Positions 9,388 through 19,154 of a stretch of DNA of 64,000 bases are shown piece by piece. Under the pieces are notes generated by a model. The model saw only the letters and a program-made list of their open reading frames with translations, did no database searches and was not told where the DNA came from. The position numbers and the translations under genes were made by a program. The DNA is from Gammaproteobacteria bacterium (GTDB lineage Bacteria; Pseudomonadota; Gammaproteobacteria; Eutrophobiales; Eutrophobiaceae): NCBI GenBank assembly GCA_963422205.2, contig CAXMWX010000001.1:288001-352000 (forward strand), given 5' to 3'. Within the stretch, counting starts at the first letter, position 1. Each line of letters starts with the position of its first letter.

Positions 9388-11235
9388 GTGAGCTACGTTT
9401 TGGGTAGTAGAGAAAATACACTGCTGATCGGGCTGTTAGTTATCCTCACAGTGGCCCCGGCACATGATACGGCCGCCGGCCCGCTGGGTTTGCCTGATGC
9501 GACCCGCCCGGGTGCTGTTCGCCCCGAAGAGCAGCCTGAGGGTCGGGCAGGACCGCCAGCCTCTGCTGCCGAGATGCCTGGTGAGGTCCCGGGCGAAGTT
9601 CTGGAAGTGCCTGCTGTGATTGACCGGCCATTTGAGGTCAATGAGGGGCCGACCATGATCGTCAGGCAATTCCGCTTGCTTGATGCCCGTGATCTGCCGG
9701 AGTTCGGCATCAAGCTGTCTGAGGTGCAGGCGCTGCTGGCACAGGAAAAACAAAAATACCCTGACGGCTTCACCATCGGCCAACTCCAGGAAGCCGCTGA
9801 TGCCGTGACCCGTTATTATCGGGAGAAAGGGCTGATCCTGGCACAGGCTGTGCTGCCGGTGCAGACCATCAGCGGCGGCCTGGTGGATTTGCAGATATAC
9901 GAGGGCAGGCTGGGTAATGTCCTCACGGAAGGGAATGTGGATTACAGTGATCTGATGTTACGGGCGCCCCTCAAGGGCTTGCTGGGTAAGCCGGTAACAA
10001 AAGATACCATCGAGACTGTCTTGTTATACTTAACTGACTTTCCGGGCCTGTCTGTGTTTGGCGTGTTCGTACCGGGCAAACAGGTAGGCACGGCCGACAT
10101 CGTGTTGAGGGTACAGGATGAGGATCGCCTGGATGTGGCCTTTCGGGCGGATAACCACGGCTTGCAGGAAACCGGCCGTATGCGCTGGCGCACCACGATT
10201 GACTGGAATAACCCCACGGGTGGGGCGGATAAATTCAGCACCACGATTCAGCAGACATACAATCCCAAAAATAATGTTTTTCTGTCGTTTGATTATCAAC
10301 GCTACCTGGCGCCCGGCTGGACGGCGGGCGGCTTTTGGCAGAAAAACCGCTTTACTGTCGGCGGTGAATTTGCCGATCTGAACATCACGGGTGAGACCAA
10401 ACTGATCGGCTTGTGGCTGGATAAGGCCTGGCGGCGCTCTCGTCAGTTTAATCTATCAACCCGCCTGGGCCTGACCAAGAAGGACTCGGACAGTCTCGCC
10501 AGAGGCTCTCAAACCAACCGTGATCGTCTGGCTGTCGCCTCGCTGGAGTTCAACATGGATCACGTTGATACACGTTTTAAGGGCATCAATTTTGGCACGC
10601 TGGAGTTCAGCCGGGGTTTCAATGATCTGTTCGGTGCCATGGGTTCAAGTGCCAGTGCGACCGCCCTGCCGGTCGGTGTCAGGCCCTCAAGACAAGCGGG
10701 TGATGGACGCTTTGCCTCCGGTCAGTTCTCCAAGGTGTTTCTCAGCGCCTCACGTCTGCAAACCCTGTGGAAGAATGCTTCGCTGCTGGGCCGGCTTGAG
10801 TATCAATGGACGGATGACTTTCTGTTATCGAGCGAGCAGTATTCGGTCGGTGGCCCGGATAATGTCCGGGCCTACTCACAGGCGCAGTTCCTGCTTGACC
10901 GGGCAGCGTTCTTATCGCTGGAGTATATCCAGAATATGCCGTTCATCACGGATGTGCCGGCATTTGGTAACCGCACCTGGGGCGAGTTGGTGCAGCTATC
11001 GCTGTTCTATGATCATGCTGTCGGTCGGCTGGAGAGGCCATTGCCTACGCAACAGCAGGGGTATATCAATTTTCGTGGGGCCGGTATACAGGCACGTTTC
11101 ACCTTGCCGGGCGTGCTCGAATCCCGTTTGATGTGGGCCTGGGAGTTATCCGGTCATGATGATCCTGAATCTCCCAAGACGCCAGCAAATGGCAGGAAGC
11201 CGCAGTTCTGGGGTGAATTGATTTACCGCTTTTAG
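9388..11235 (+). CDS. ShlB/FhaC/HecB-family two-partner secretion outer-membrane transporter (TpsB)
   Basis: POTRA motifs (YYREKG..LAQAVLPVQTI, YEGRLG), DNHG..TGR, barrel motif GGPDNVRAY and C-terminal Phe. Confidence 0.9.
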   Translation: MSYVLGSRENTLLIGLLVILTVAPAHDTAAGPLGLPDATRPGAVRPEEQPEGRAGPPASAAEMPGEVPGEVLEVPAVIDRPFEVNEGPTMIVRQFRLLDARDLPEFGIKLSEVQALLAQEKQKYPDGFTIGQLQEAADAVTRYYREKGLILAQAVLPVQTISGGLVDLQIYEGRLGNVLTEGNVDYSDLMLRAPLKGLLGKPVTKDTIETVLLYLTDFPGLSVFGVFVPGKQVGTADIVLRVQDEDRLDVAFRADNHGLQETGRMRWRTTIDWNNPTGGADKFSTTIQQTYNPKNNVFLSFDYQRYLAPGWTAGGFWQKNRFTVGGEFADLNITGETKLIGLWLDKAWRRSRQFNLSTRLGLTKKDSDSLARGSQTNRDRLAVASLEFNMDHVDTRFKGINFGTLEFSRGFNDLFGAMGSSASATALPVGVRPSRQAGDGRFASGQFSKVFLSASRLQTLWKNASLLGRLEYQWTDDFLLSSEQYSVGGPDNVRAYSQAQFLLDRAAFLSLEYIQNMPFITDVPAFGNRTWGELVQLSLFYDHAVGRLERPLPTQQQGYINFRGAGIQARFTLPGVLESRLMWAWELSGHDDPESPKTPANGRKPQFWGELIYRF

Positions 11236-11347
11236 GCGGCATTTTATCGTGATGCTAAAAATCATTCCGGGCAGGTACGTGTATGATGCTGGTCATATTG
11301 TTTGTACCATGTTGCAACGTGATTACCCCTCAAGAATCAGTTAAGAC

Positions 11348-11926
11348 ATGAAAATGGCTATCAGGCAGATGAGTCTCATGACACTGGCTGGTGTGGTCAT
11401 GTTGTTACAGTCTGTCGTCCAGGCGGCGGCCGGTTTTGTGGATGTGGATGAGATCAAAGCCGTTGGCATTGAGCAGTTGATGTCTGAGATCTCGCTGATC
11501 GATACCATCGGCAAAGGTATATTGCTGGCTATCAGCCAGTGTGAGACTGACGAGGTTTGCCTTGGGCATGTTGACCGGGCGGAGGTGCAGCAGATGATCG
11601 AGGCGATCGATGATCGTGTCCAACTGCTTGGTGAGCGCAGAGAGGAGACTGGCGAGCCGGGGCTTGAGGATGTGCTGATTGCCTATGTTGAGCAGCGGGA
11701 AAATCTGACGAATTATCTTGAGAGAATCGATGTGATTGTGCCTGATGATGCCGAGGAGGATGTCGGCAATGACTTCTTTGGCATTACCACCACCAGCGTA
11801 TCTTCAATCGCTGAGCGCTATCGCATCTTCAATGACGTGGATGAGGCATTGGAAGATGAGGTGTTTCAACCTGACGATGAGGCGGCTGAGGCCGCTCAAG
11901 TGCCACAGGATAATGTGCCTGAATAA
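11348..11926 (+). CDS. Hypothetical exported acidic protein
   Basis: 192 aa ORF with a signal peptide (VQA/AA), a Cys pair and a very acidic helical body. Lies between tpsB and sapC. Confidence 0.7.
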   Translation: MKMAIRQMSLMTLAGVVMLLQSVVQAAAGFVDVDEIKAVGIEQLMSEISLIDTIGKGILLAISQCETDEVCLGHVDRAEVQQMIEAIDDRVQLLGERREETGEPGLEDVLIAYVEQRENLTNYLERIDVIVPDDAEEDVGNDFFGITTTSVSSIAERYRIFNDVDEALEDEVFQPDDEAAEAAQVPQDNVPE

Positions 11927-12021
11927 TCATAAACAATCATGTCTGCCCGTATCATGATATTGCTGGAGAATCGTTTTAAGGCAAAGCACGCCATAAGCCG
12001 GTACGGCTGCACTGAACGAAG

Positions 12022-12771
12022 ATGACCATGAACACACTGCCGCTGTTTTACAAAAAAGTTGTGCCCGTCAATCAGGAGCAACATCGCCAACTGCGTATCA
12101 AGGCAGTTGATAATTATGGCTTTGCCCGCCAGACGAACAGCGTGTATATAGCGGCTGTTGAATTTTCTAGGGCATGTCAGCATTACCCGATAGTATTTGC
12201 AGAAGATAGCGCAGGGGCTGCCTTTCCGCTGGTGTTATTGGGCTTGCAGGCCAATCAGAACCTGTATGTGGATAGTCACGGTGCATGGAACGCTGGCTAT
12301 ATTCCCGCCTATGCCCGTCGTTATCCCTTCATTCTGGCGAGTCCGGCGGCAGACAGTGATCAGTTTACGGTGTGTATCGATGAGGGTTATGCCGGTTTTA
12401 CCACTGCCAAGCAAGGCCAGCCCTTGTTTGATGAGGCCGGCGAGCAGGCGGCCTCACTCAAGCAGGCCGTTGATTTTCTCAAAGAGTATCAGTCCCATGT
12501 CACGCTGACCCAACAGTTCTGTCAGCGATTGGCGGAGATAAGGGTGCTTGAGCCGATGCAGGCCAGTGTCAAAATGCACTCAGGCGAGGAGTTTAATCTC
12601 GCTGGTTTTACCTGTGTGAGCAGAGAGAAACTGAAGGCACTGGATGCCGAGCAGCTGGCCGCTTTGCTCAAAGCAGAGCAGCTGGAGTTGGTTTACGCCC
12701 ATTTATTATCGCTGCAAAATCTTGAGTTGCTGATGAGACGAATCGCTAAAGACAAAGACGCCACATCCTAG
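12022..12771 (+). CDS. sapC: SapC family protein
   Basis: Motifs EFSRACQHYPIVF, LLGL..NQNLYV, W..GYIPAYARRYPF and YAHLLSL. Confidence 0.88.
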   Translation: MTMNTLPLFYKKVVPVNQEQHRQLRIKAVDNYGFARQTNSVYIAAVEFSRACQHYPIVFAEDSAGAAFPLVLLGLQANQNLYVDSHGAWNAGYIPAYARRYPFILASPAADSDQFTVCIDEGYAGFTTAKQGQPLFDEAGEQAASLKQAVDFLKEYQSHVTLTQQFCQRLAEIRVLEPMQASVKMHSGEEFNLAGFTCVSREKLKALDAEQLAALLKAEQLELVYAHLLSLQNLELLMRRIAKDKDATS

Positions 12772-12847
12772 CAGGCAATAGAGCGAGTCCGGCGGCGGAT
12801 AGCACAGGCGCAACGGCAATGCCACATCCAGGTGCTAGTGGCCGGTG

Positions 12848-13387
12848 TTAATTGATTTTATTTGTGCTGCCGGTGCTCGGTGGGTTCTTGTCCTCTTCAC
12901 GAGGACCATATTTCTGGATCAATTCTGCTGATAATTTTTCTGCCTCCGCCAGCTCGGCGGGCGATAAAAAACGCTTTGCCTCCGCTAGAGCCTGGATGGA
13001 TTGCTTGTGTTTGAACGCTGCCCCGACACGATACCAGGCATAGGCATATTCATAGTCCTTTGGCAGGCCATTGCCTTGCAGATAAAGATTGCCCAGCTTG
13101 AACTGCGCTTGTTCGATATGCCGTTCGGCGGCCTTACGCAGCCATTTGGCCGCCTCGGTATAATCCTGTTCAATGCCTTGGCCGTTGAGATACATGACCC
13201 CCAGATAGTATTGTGCAAGGCCGGTATATTCATCGTTGGTGGTCTCGGAGAGCGAACGCAGGGTGGCATAGGCCCGCTCATACTCGCCCCGGTGAAACGC
13301 GACAACCGCCTGGCTGAAATCAGCGATTGCGGTTGTGCTTGATAATAAAAGCATGACTGATAACAGAACGTGATATTTTATCTGCAT
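12848..13387 (-). CDS. Exported Sel1-repeat protein
   Basis: Sel1 units AQYYLGVMYLNGQGIEQDYTEAAKW and AQFKLGNLYLQGNGLPKDY. Signal peptide follows ATG 13387. Confidence 0.88.
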   Translation of the reverse strand: MQIKYHVLLSVMLLLSSTTAIADFSQAVVAFHRGEYERAYATLRSLSETTNDEYTGLAQYYLGVMYLNGQGIEQDYTEAAKWLRKAAERHIEQAQFKLGNLYLQGNGLPKDYEYAYAWYRVGAAFKHKQSIQALAEAKRFLSPAELAEAEKLSAELIQKYGPREEDKNPPSTGSTNKIN

Positions 13388-13516
13388 GTCGTATGGTTGG
13401 GTTAAGCGTTGTTGTGTTAGGACTGCCGAGCTGCTGAATTGTTGCATGCGGGCGCTGAAATGTAAACATGGTGTATAAGTCCACCACTATATTGCACTTT
13501 TTGTTGTGCTGGATAG

Positions 13517-13537
13517 GGTTCGACAAGCTCACCAACC
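13517..13537 (+). repeat. Palindromic micro-element type A (REP-like)
   Basis: GGTTCGACAAGCTCACCAACC inside the transposase 3' end. Confidence 0.8.
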
Positions 13538-13847
13538 AAATGTACTGCACGGGTGTTTGTCATCCCAGCCCCTTGTGTGGCCTTAGCCCGTTATATTTGA
13601 CCAGTCAATCGGCCAATGGTCGAAGCACTGGGACAGGGCAATCCCCTGGCCTGACACCAGGATCTGAGCAGTACCTGACACTGCTCTTTATCCAGATTGG
13701 GCAGGTCTTGGCGCCGTTGGCGTATCTGCTGGATAACCGCTTGTGGTCAGCGGCGAGTGCGCTTCGGTGCTTTGGGGGTCGGACACAAGCCAGACAGTCC
13801 CCACTCGCGGTAGGCTTTGCGCCAGGCATACAGGGTACGGCGGCTCT

Positions 13848-13868
13848 GGTGGGTGAGCTTGTCGAACC
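13848..13868 (-). repeat. Palindromic micro-element type A (REP-like)
   Basis: Reverse complement is GGTTCGACAAGCTCACCCACC. It interrupts the HTH motif G-x-SRRTLY. Confidence 0.8.
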
Positions 13869-13928
13869 ACTGCCACTGTGGTCAAGGGCGGGTCAGGCCA
13901 TGCTTGTCCCAGAATCTAAGCACACTGA

Positions 13929-13955
13929 CTTGCCTGCACGCAGCACGCAAGCAGG
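13929..13955. repeat. Palindromic micro-element type B (27 bp, degenerate)
   Basis: CTTGCCTGCACGCAGCACGCAAGCAGG. Removal restores QRLSVLRFWDKHGL. Confidence 0.75.
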
Positions 13956-14104
13956 GACGCTGTGCGGCGATTTGATTATTCATGTCCGCCCTTATTGCAT
14001 GGCTGCCCGTGCGATAAAAGCCTTTTATTCGATACCCTATATGCTGATAGTGCTCTCGTTCTCTCTCTTACGAATAGGGCAATAGGTTTCTGGACTTATA
14101 CACT

Positions 14105-14450
14105 GCCATTAACGCTGAAAACCGCCATACGGTAACGCCCCGGGGCTGGAGCCACGAGCAGGACAACACCAAAACGGTTCGCAATGACCGCAACACAGAT
14201 AAGATCATTGTGCGTGAGTTTGGTTTTAACGACTACCAGCGCATAGACAATTACGATTTTTCACCGGCCTATAATTACTGGGAAAAAACGTCCGGGTACT
14301 GGGGCAAGGTCAGGGAACTCTGGTCGCAGCGTATCGCTGAAACAGGATTGATTAATCTGAAAACTGAAGTCGATGGCATGCCCATTATCGAAGCCACGTT
14401 TAAACAGGCGGCAGCTATTGAAGAGGGCAGAGCCCGGCCAACTCAGAAAG
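14105..14450 (+). pseudogene. Fragment of a DUF6607-like gene, 5' part removed at the IS end
   Basis: Frame reads AINAENRHTVTPRGWSHEQDNTKTVR...REFGFNDYQRI..DFSPAYNYWEKT..YWGKVRELW. It begins abruptly at the IS terminus with no start codon. Confidence 0.6.
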
Positions 14451-14451
14451 A

Positions 14452-14485
14452 GGGGGTTGACGTATCTCTCGACAAATGCTGACAT
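14452..14485 (-). pseudogene. Stub of about 11 codons from a second Rpn-like gene
   Basis: MSAFVERYVNP versus MSEFVEKYVNP at 17620. About 34 bp direct repeat with 3 mismatches. Confidence 0.7.
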
Positions 14486-14531
14486 GAAGCGTGCTATGAT
14501 TGCATATTACAGCGTTAGGTACATATCTTTG

Positions 14532-16702
14532 CTATTTCAATTTTATCATCACTGAATCTGTTGGCATATTAAATTTCTCCATTATATTAGCCAGTCTCAA
14601 TATACAGGTTGGTGCAGGGATGTTAATGTGAATGAACAGCAAGTCATCATTCGGGTCTTTAACTTTATTCTTTGGTATTCCATCAAACGTTTTGTATTTA
14701 TTGTTGAAGTTCACATCTGTTCTTTCTCTTTCTTTCAGCACACTCCATTTTAAAATAGTTTCTTCCCTAATGAATAAATCACGTTGATTATCCATGATGA
14801 ATTCAAAATCAAAGTCCGGATTGTTTTTAATATACTTGAGAAATTGAATAAACACATCCTGCCACGATTTAACTTTAAATACTTGATCTTCTATTGTTAA
14901 TTCTCCAGGTTTATTTCCTTCAGCCATTTCACCAGCATCAGATTCTAATGGAGAAAAGGTAGATTTTTCGACAAGCCGGGTATTCCAATTTGACGCCTCC
15001 TTTAAATTTTCAGGTAACGGAAAGGCATTTAGCAACCAGTTAATCATATTGGATTGGTGTTCCAATATGCTCTGTTCGTTCCAATTTTCACGTTTAATTA
15101 TGTCCAATCTGTAATTAAGCGAAGAGGTTTCAATCTTTCTTTTCTTCTCCTCAAACGATTTATTTCCAATCTCGCTGTTAAATTCTGTAAGGATTAAATT
15201 ACCAATATTGTCTAAATAGGTTTTATGGATTTCTTCATGGTTTTCCCCTAATTCTGATTTCCATTTATCCTCAATCTTTTGAGGCATTATATGCTCAACG
15301 GTCACTTTTTTATTATTTTCTTCAATCTTGCCAAGAATCAATTTAGAGTACTTGCTAAGACCTTTGTAGAAATTCATTGTTTTTAAGTTGTTACTTAGCT
15401 CTGTATCGTTCGGAAGTCTGAGCCTGAAACTCATATTGGTTAACAACTCCAGCATTGATCGTTCACCACGAATGATTTTTGGTATTCTCTTACTTAACGT
15501 TACTATATAATTTTCCCCTTGCGTAAGTCCCAATATTCTTCTTCTGATAAGATAAGTTCTGATTGATTGTAATATGTCTATTAACGCGTCATCCCTCAGC
15601 ATAAGTTCATTCACCTCATACTGGTGATATTCTAATAATCCTAATACAAATGGTTTAAATGCTTCTGATTTAATATCGTGAAATATTATTCTAAGTAATT
15701 CCTTAATCTCCTTATCCTTGGTGTTGTCGGGAGATATAGTGTCAGATGAAACCTCTGTTATTATCGGCTTATAACATTTTACATATCTGATAATGTCATG
15801 TATAAAGTCATTATGCTTTCAAAACTTCCGTCTACAAAATCCTTAAATTGTTGATATAACTCCTTTGTGTTATTGTCGCTTACAACTTTTAATGGTGTTG
15901 CTTTCCTGTATTGAAGATAATCTCGAAAAAACTTTGATGTGTTTTCATTTAAAATTTCTTCAATTTTTGGATACCAGGTTTGTTCGTAAATATCAGATTG
16001 TTTTTCGCTTTCCATGTTAAGCAGTACAAAGTTTCTTACAAGGTCAGATAGTGTTAATGGTTTGCCAAGAGAATTGAGTGTTTCAAAAATGACTTGAGGG
16101 TCTTCACTTTTAAAAGGTCTTTCATCCAGAAATATAACCGCTACATTTATTCTTTGTATAGCAATAATATATTGGTCAAATTTGACTTCCAGATTATCTT
16201 TCTTCTTTTCACGGATGAGTTTTTTAAACAATTCATATGCTATTTTTATTGTGCCAGGGTCTGCTTTCGTACCATTTACCAATGATTTGTATGAATCCCA
16301 ATCTTTTGTAACTTGTTTGAGTTTTATTTTGTCTTGAAATGTTGACGAATTATTCGTTAGATAATTCTGATTGATAAAATCGCTCTTGTCTTGCTCTGTT
16401 TCTGCATCTCTTAAAGCAATTAGAAATATTAATGTGGTTGTTAGCCTTTGTTGACCATCCACAATCACAGATTTATTTGCGAACCCGGCCTTTTCATCTT
16501 TGATAACAAGTGTACCGAAAAAGTGTTCACGTTTGTCTTTTTGCTTTTTATTTAACTCTGAATCAATAATTCTTGCTACATCGCTAAAATATCTTTCAAT
16601 TTCAGGTTTACCCCAAGCGTAGGATCTTTGAAATGGAGGAATGAAGAATGAGGTTGCATTCTTAGCTAATACATCATTTATAGAGTGGCTTTCCGTCTTC
16701 AT
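14532..16702 (-). pseudogene. GmrSD-like type IV restriction protein (DUF262 + DUF1524), one frameshift near 15818
   Basis: Motifs IPPFQRSYAW, VDGQQRLTT, IFETLNSLG, VEHIMPQ and IGNLILT..NS. The two ORFs join with a single-base shift in a short A run, which may be a sequencing error. AT-rich. Confidence 0.85.
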
Positions 16703-16832
16703 TTATATTTTATTTTTTCGTTTTGGTTATGACTAATGTCCAGACAAACTCACTGAGCCTATCCCTTCAAATGTATTCTAAATGTTACTGCCTCGTAAAT
16801 AGATTCGGTGTGCTCATGGGGCTTATCATCTG

Positions 16833-17620
16833 TTACCCCTCGTTGATTTTTTGTTTGAGGGCGTGGAGTTGTTCCAGGGACAAGCCGGTCATTTCAATAA
16901 TGACTTCATCGCTTTTTCCCTGCTGAATCCCGTTTATTGCTACCTGCTCAATTCCTTGCTCAATTCCTTCTTCCCTCGCCGTATCCAGGGAATTCTTTAA
17001 ATCCCGATAGTATTTCAGACTGTCTTCATAGTTATTGAGCTGCTGGATATTGAACCTGGCAATCTCTGCCGTCTCAAACAGTTGGTCAAAGATCCGCTCC
17101 CGCAGCTTTTCAGGGATGCGATCCAGTTTGTTGAGGTTTCTCAGGATGTAAAGCCACTTGTCAAACCGGCTCACCAACTCATCAAGGGTTTTGCTGAACT
17201 TGGGCATTTCAAGGTAAATGAAGGTCAGCTTGTCGTAGAACACCCGGCATGTCTCCTCATCCATTAATTTAACGTCATACCGGTACTTGTGCGGCTCGTT
17301 TGGCCTGTTCGCGGATGGAAAAGGTGGCGTAGTAGACGGTGCGGTCTTTGAAGAAATTCTGCTTGGTTTTTTTGAAGTTCGACGATAAAGCGTTCGCCGC
17401 GCTCATTGGTGCAGTACAGGTCGAAAATGGCCCTGCGGTTCATATCTTGGTCAAGGTGTTCGTTTTTGAGGTAGGTCAACTCGGTGATGTGCCCCTGTTC
17501 TTCTCGGAGGAGTTCGTTGAGGAAGTCCAGCAGTAGGGCTTTGTTGGGTTCTTCTCCAAAGAGCTTTTTGAACCCAAAGTCGGTGAAGGGGTTGACGTAT
17601 TTTTCGACAAATTCTGACAT
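16833..17620 (-). pseudogene. Rpn-family PD-(D/E)XK nuclease-like gene, frameshifted and internally deleted
   Basis: Motifs NPFTDFGFKKLFG, AIFDLYC..GERFIVELQ, FIYLEMPKF and C-terminal EEGIEQGIEQ. Frameshift in an A run near 17370, and an apparent deletion joining EQAKRA directly to HKYRYDVKL. Confidence 0.85.
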
Positions 17621-17632
17621 GGCGTTTTACGG

Positions 17633-17640
17633 CAAAGGTA
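17633..17640 (-). promoter_or_regulatory. Bacteroidota-type -7 promoter element (TAnnTTTG)
   Basis: TACCTTTG lies 12 nt upstream of the Rpn ATG, with no Shine-Dalgarno sequence. Confidence 0.55.
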
Positions 17641-17685
17641 CGACATTCAAGATCAGATTTCAATCTCTGTAATTTGAAATCTTGG

Positions 17686-17814
17686 AAGTAACGGTCACGT
17701 GTATGAGTAATGTGGGAGATTATGAGATGAAAACTTATCCAGTTACACCAACTTCTGTACGAGCCACAAACGCTCGCAAACCACTGAAACCCGCATATAC
17801 TATACACATTAGCT
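17686..17814 (-). other. Degenerate attC-like imperfect inverted repeat
   Basis: Begins AGCTAAT shortly after a stop codon and ends GTTACTT. Arms GTGTATAGTATATGCGGG and CCCACATTACTCATACAC pair with single-base bulges. About 130 bp. Confidence 0.5.
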
Positions 17815-17827
17815 GTGCTTTTTTGTT

Positions 17828-18410
17828 TTATTCTCTATTTTCAATTTCTTCCTCTTCTTTCTCAATGTCTCTGGGGATTTCAAAATGTTTATTAATTCCC
17901 TATCTATCAATTATCCACGATACAAGTGTTTCTCGTCTTTGCTTACAACTCTCAGAAGTCCAATCTTCGAATTCGGCTATTTTACGTTCTTGTTTGATGT
18001 CAGAATTTGCGTAACAATGTCCTGTCCCAGAGTTTCCTTTTTTTCTATCAAAGTCAAAATTTAGATAGCCCAGCATTACTACGTTTCCCCGACCACAGGA
18101 AAACTCGGTAAGAAAACAACTCTAAGGCTTTTAGTAAATCAATATATTTCTCGAGGCTTATCTCACCTGCTACAACTCTTTTTCCGAACAGCAATCATTA
18201 ATGGTAAATAATTAGCGACATTACCCGTGTTTTTAATTTTAGTCAGCCATATAAATTCATTTTTTATTTCCGAATCTTCTAATGGCTTAATAATCGCAGA
18301 ATAATGCATAGAGATTTCTGCTAAACCAGAAGTGATGATTGAAATAAAATTCTGTGTATCCTCTTTGGTCTTTTGGGAGAAGTCTCTTAATGGAATAACA
18401 TCATTGGACT
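17828..18410 (-). pseudogene. Decayed AT-rich gene, probably a second DUF262/DUF1524-like protein
   Basis: Fragments YIDLLKALELFSYRVFLWSGKRSNAG and KK..YANSDIKQERKIAEFEDWTSESCKQRRETLVSWI, with stops and frameshifts. Confidence 0.45.
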
Positions 18411-18414
18411 TAAA

Positions 18415-18483
18415 ACCCTATATGCTGATATTGCGCTCGTTCTCTCCCTTAAGAATAGTGCAATATGTTTCTGAACTTATACA
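18415..18483 (-). mobile_element. Isolated terminal fragment of the same IS481-family element (copy 3)
   Basis: ACCCTATATGCTGAT...GAACTTATACA matches 14033-14102 and the right end of copy 2. It truncates the IS1595 transposase 3' end. Confidence 0.8.
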
Positions 18484-18529
18484 CCTCTCTCTACGAATGC
18501 CTTTGCTGGCACTAAGCCGCAGTTTGGCA

Positions 18530-18559
18530 CCTGTCTGCATGCGGACACGTACAGGCAGA
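18530..18559. repeat. Palindromic micro-element type B (30 bp)
   Basis: CCTGTCTGCATGCGGACACGTACAGGCAGA adds LPVRVRMQTG in frame between FWAY and AK. Confidence 0.85.
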
Positions 18560-18740
18560 TAAGCCCAGAAGGGCTCCATGCCATGGATGTGACTGGGCTG
18601 GTTGGCAAACGCATTGGCCCCGTGCACAACCCGAAAGTGCCTGGCGTAGCCCATATTGACTAGGCCATGATCGCCGCGCCAATCCTCCGAATGAAGGACG
18701 CTCTCGGGCGCGACTTTTCCCCGGATCACCGCTGGCAGTG

Positions 18741-18767
18741 CCTGCCTGTGCGATGCACGCAGACAGG
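18741..18767. repeat. Palindromic micro-element type B (27 bp)
   Basis: CCTGCCTGTGCGATGCACGCAGACAGG adds CLRASHRQA in frame between NAT and LPAVIRGKV. Confidence 0.88.
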
Positions 18768-19124
18768 TGGCGTTGCGGGCATCGGGCAGGATCTCCGTGA
18801 ACCGCTGCCCGTGGCGCTGGAGTAGACCAAAGACGAGGGTTTTCTGCTTGGCACCGCGACCGCGTTTGCCACGGATGCACTTCCGGCCAAAGCAGGATTC
18901 ATCGACTTCGACCGCGCCGACAAAGGGCGATTGTTGTTCGCAAAAATCCGCAATGCGCTGGCGCAGTTTGAGGGAAATCGGGTGTACCGAGCTCAGGCGG
19001 ATGCCGGTCAATCGGGCACTGTCGGAAACGGTCAACTCCAGGGCAAAACAGCGGATCAGTTGCCGAAATGTCCGCTCGGTGATTTAAGGAACGGATGGAA
19101 TGCCTGTTTTCCCTAGTCATTTCA

Positions 19125-19154
19125 CCTTCCTGTGCGTGTCAGCACGCAGACAGG
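19125..19154. repeat. Palindromic micro-element type B (30 bp)
   Basis: CCTTCCTGTGCGTGTCAGCACGCAGACAGG, 4 bp upstream of the transposase ATG at 19120. Confidence 0.85.

Larger units (their letters stand above)
13472..14102 (-). mobile_element. Internally deleted IS481-family element (copy 1, MITE-like)
   Basis: TGT...ACA ends with a perfect inverted repeat (GTGTATAAGTCCA 13471-13483 / TGGACTTATACAC 14091-14103). Carries HTH and C-terminal transposase remnants. Homologous to 37661-38917 but lacks the DDE core. No target duplication visible. Confidence 0.85.

Noticed and set aside
13468-14085. 205 aa plus-strand ORF and its twin at 38361-38900
   Set aside because: Antisense shadow of the decayed transposase. 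The duplication is explained by the IS copies.
13465-14110. Target-site duplications around the IS481 copies
   Set aside because: Flanks do not match for copy 1 or copy 2, and the neighbouring gene is truncated, which is consistent with later deletions.
18530-19154. Type B repeats as a CRISPR array
   Set aside because: Irregular spacing, mixed orientation, continuous transposase sequence between copies and no cas genes.
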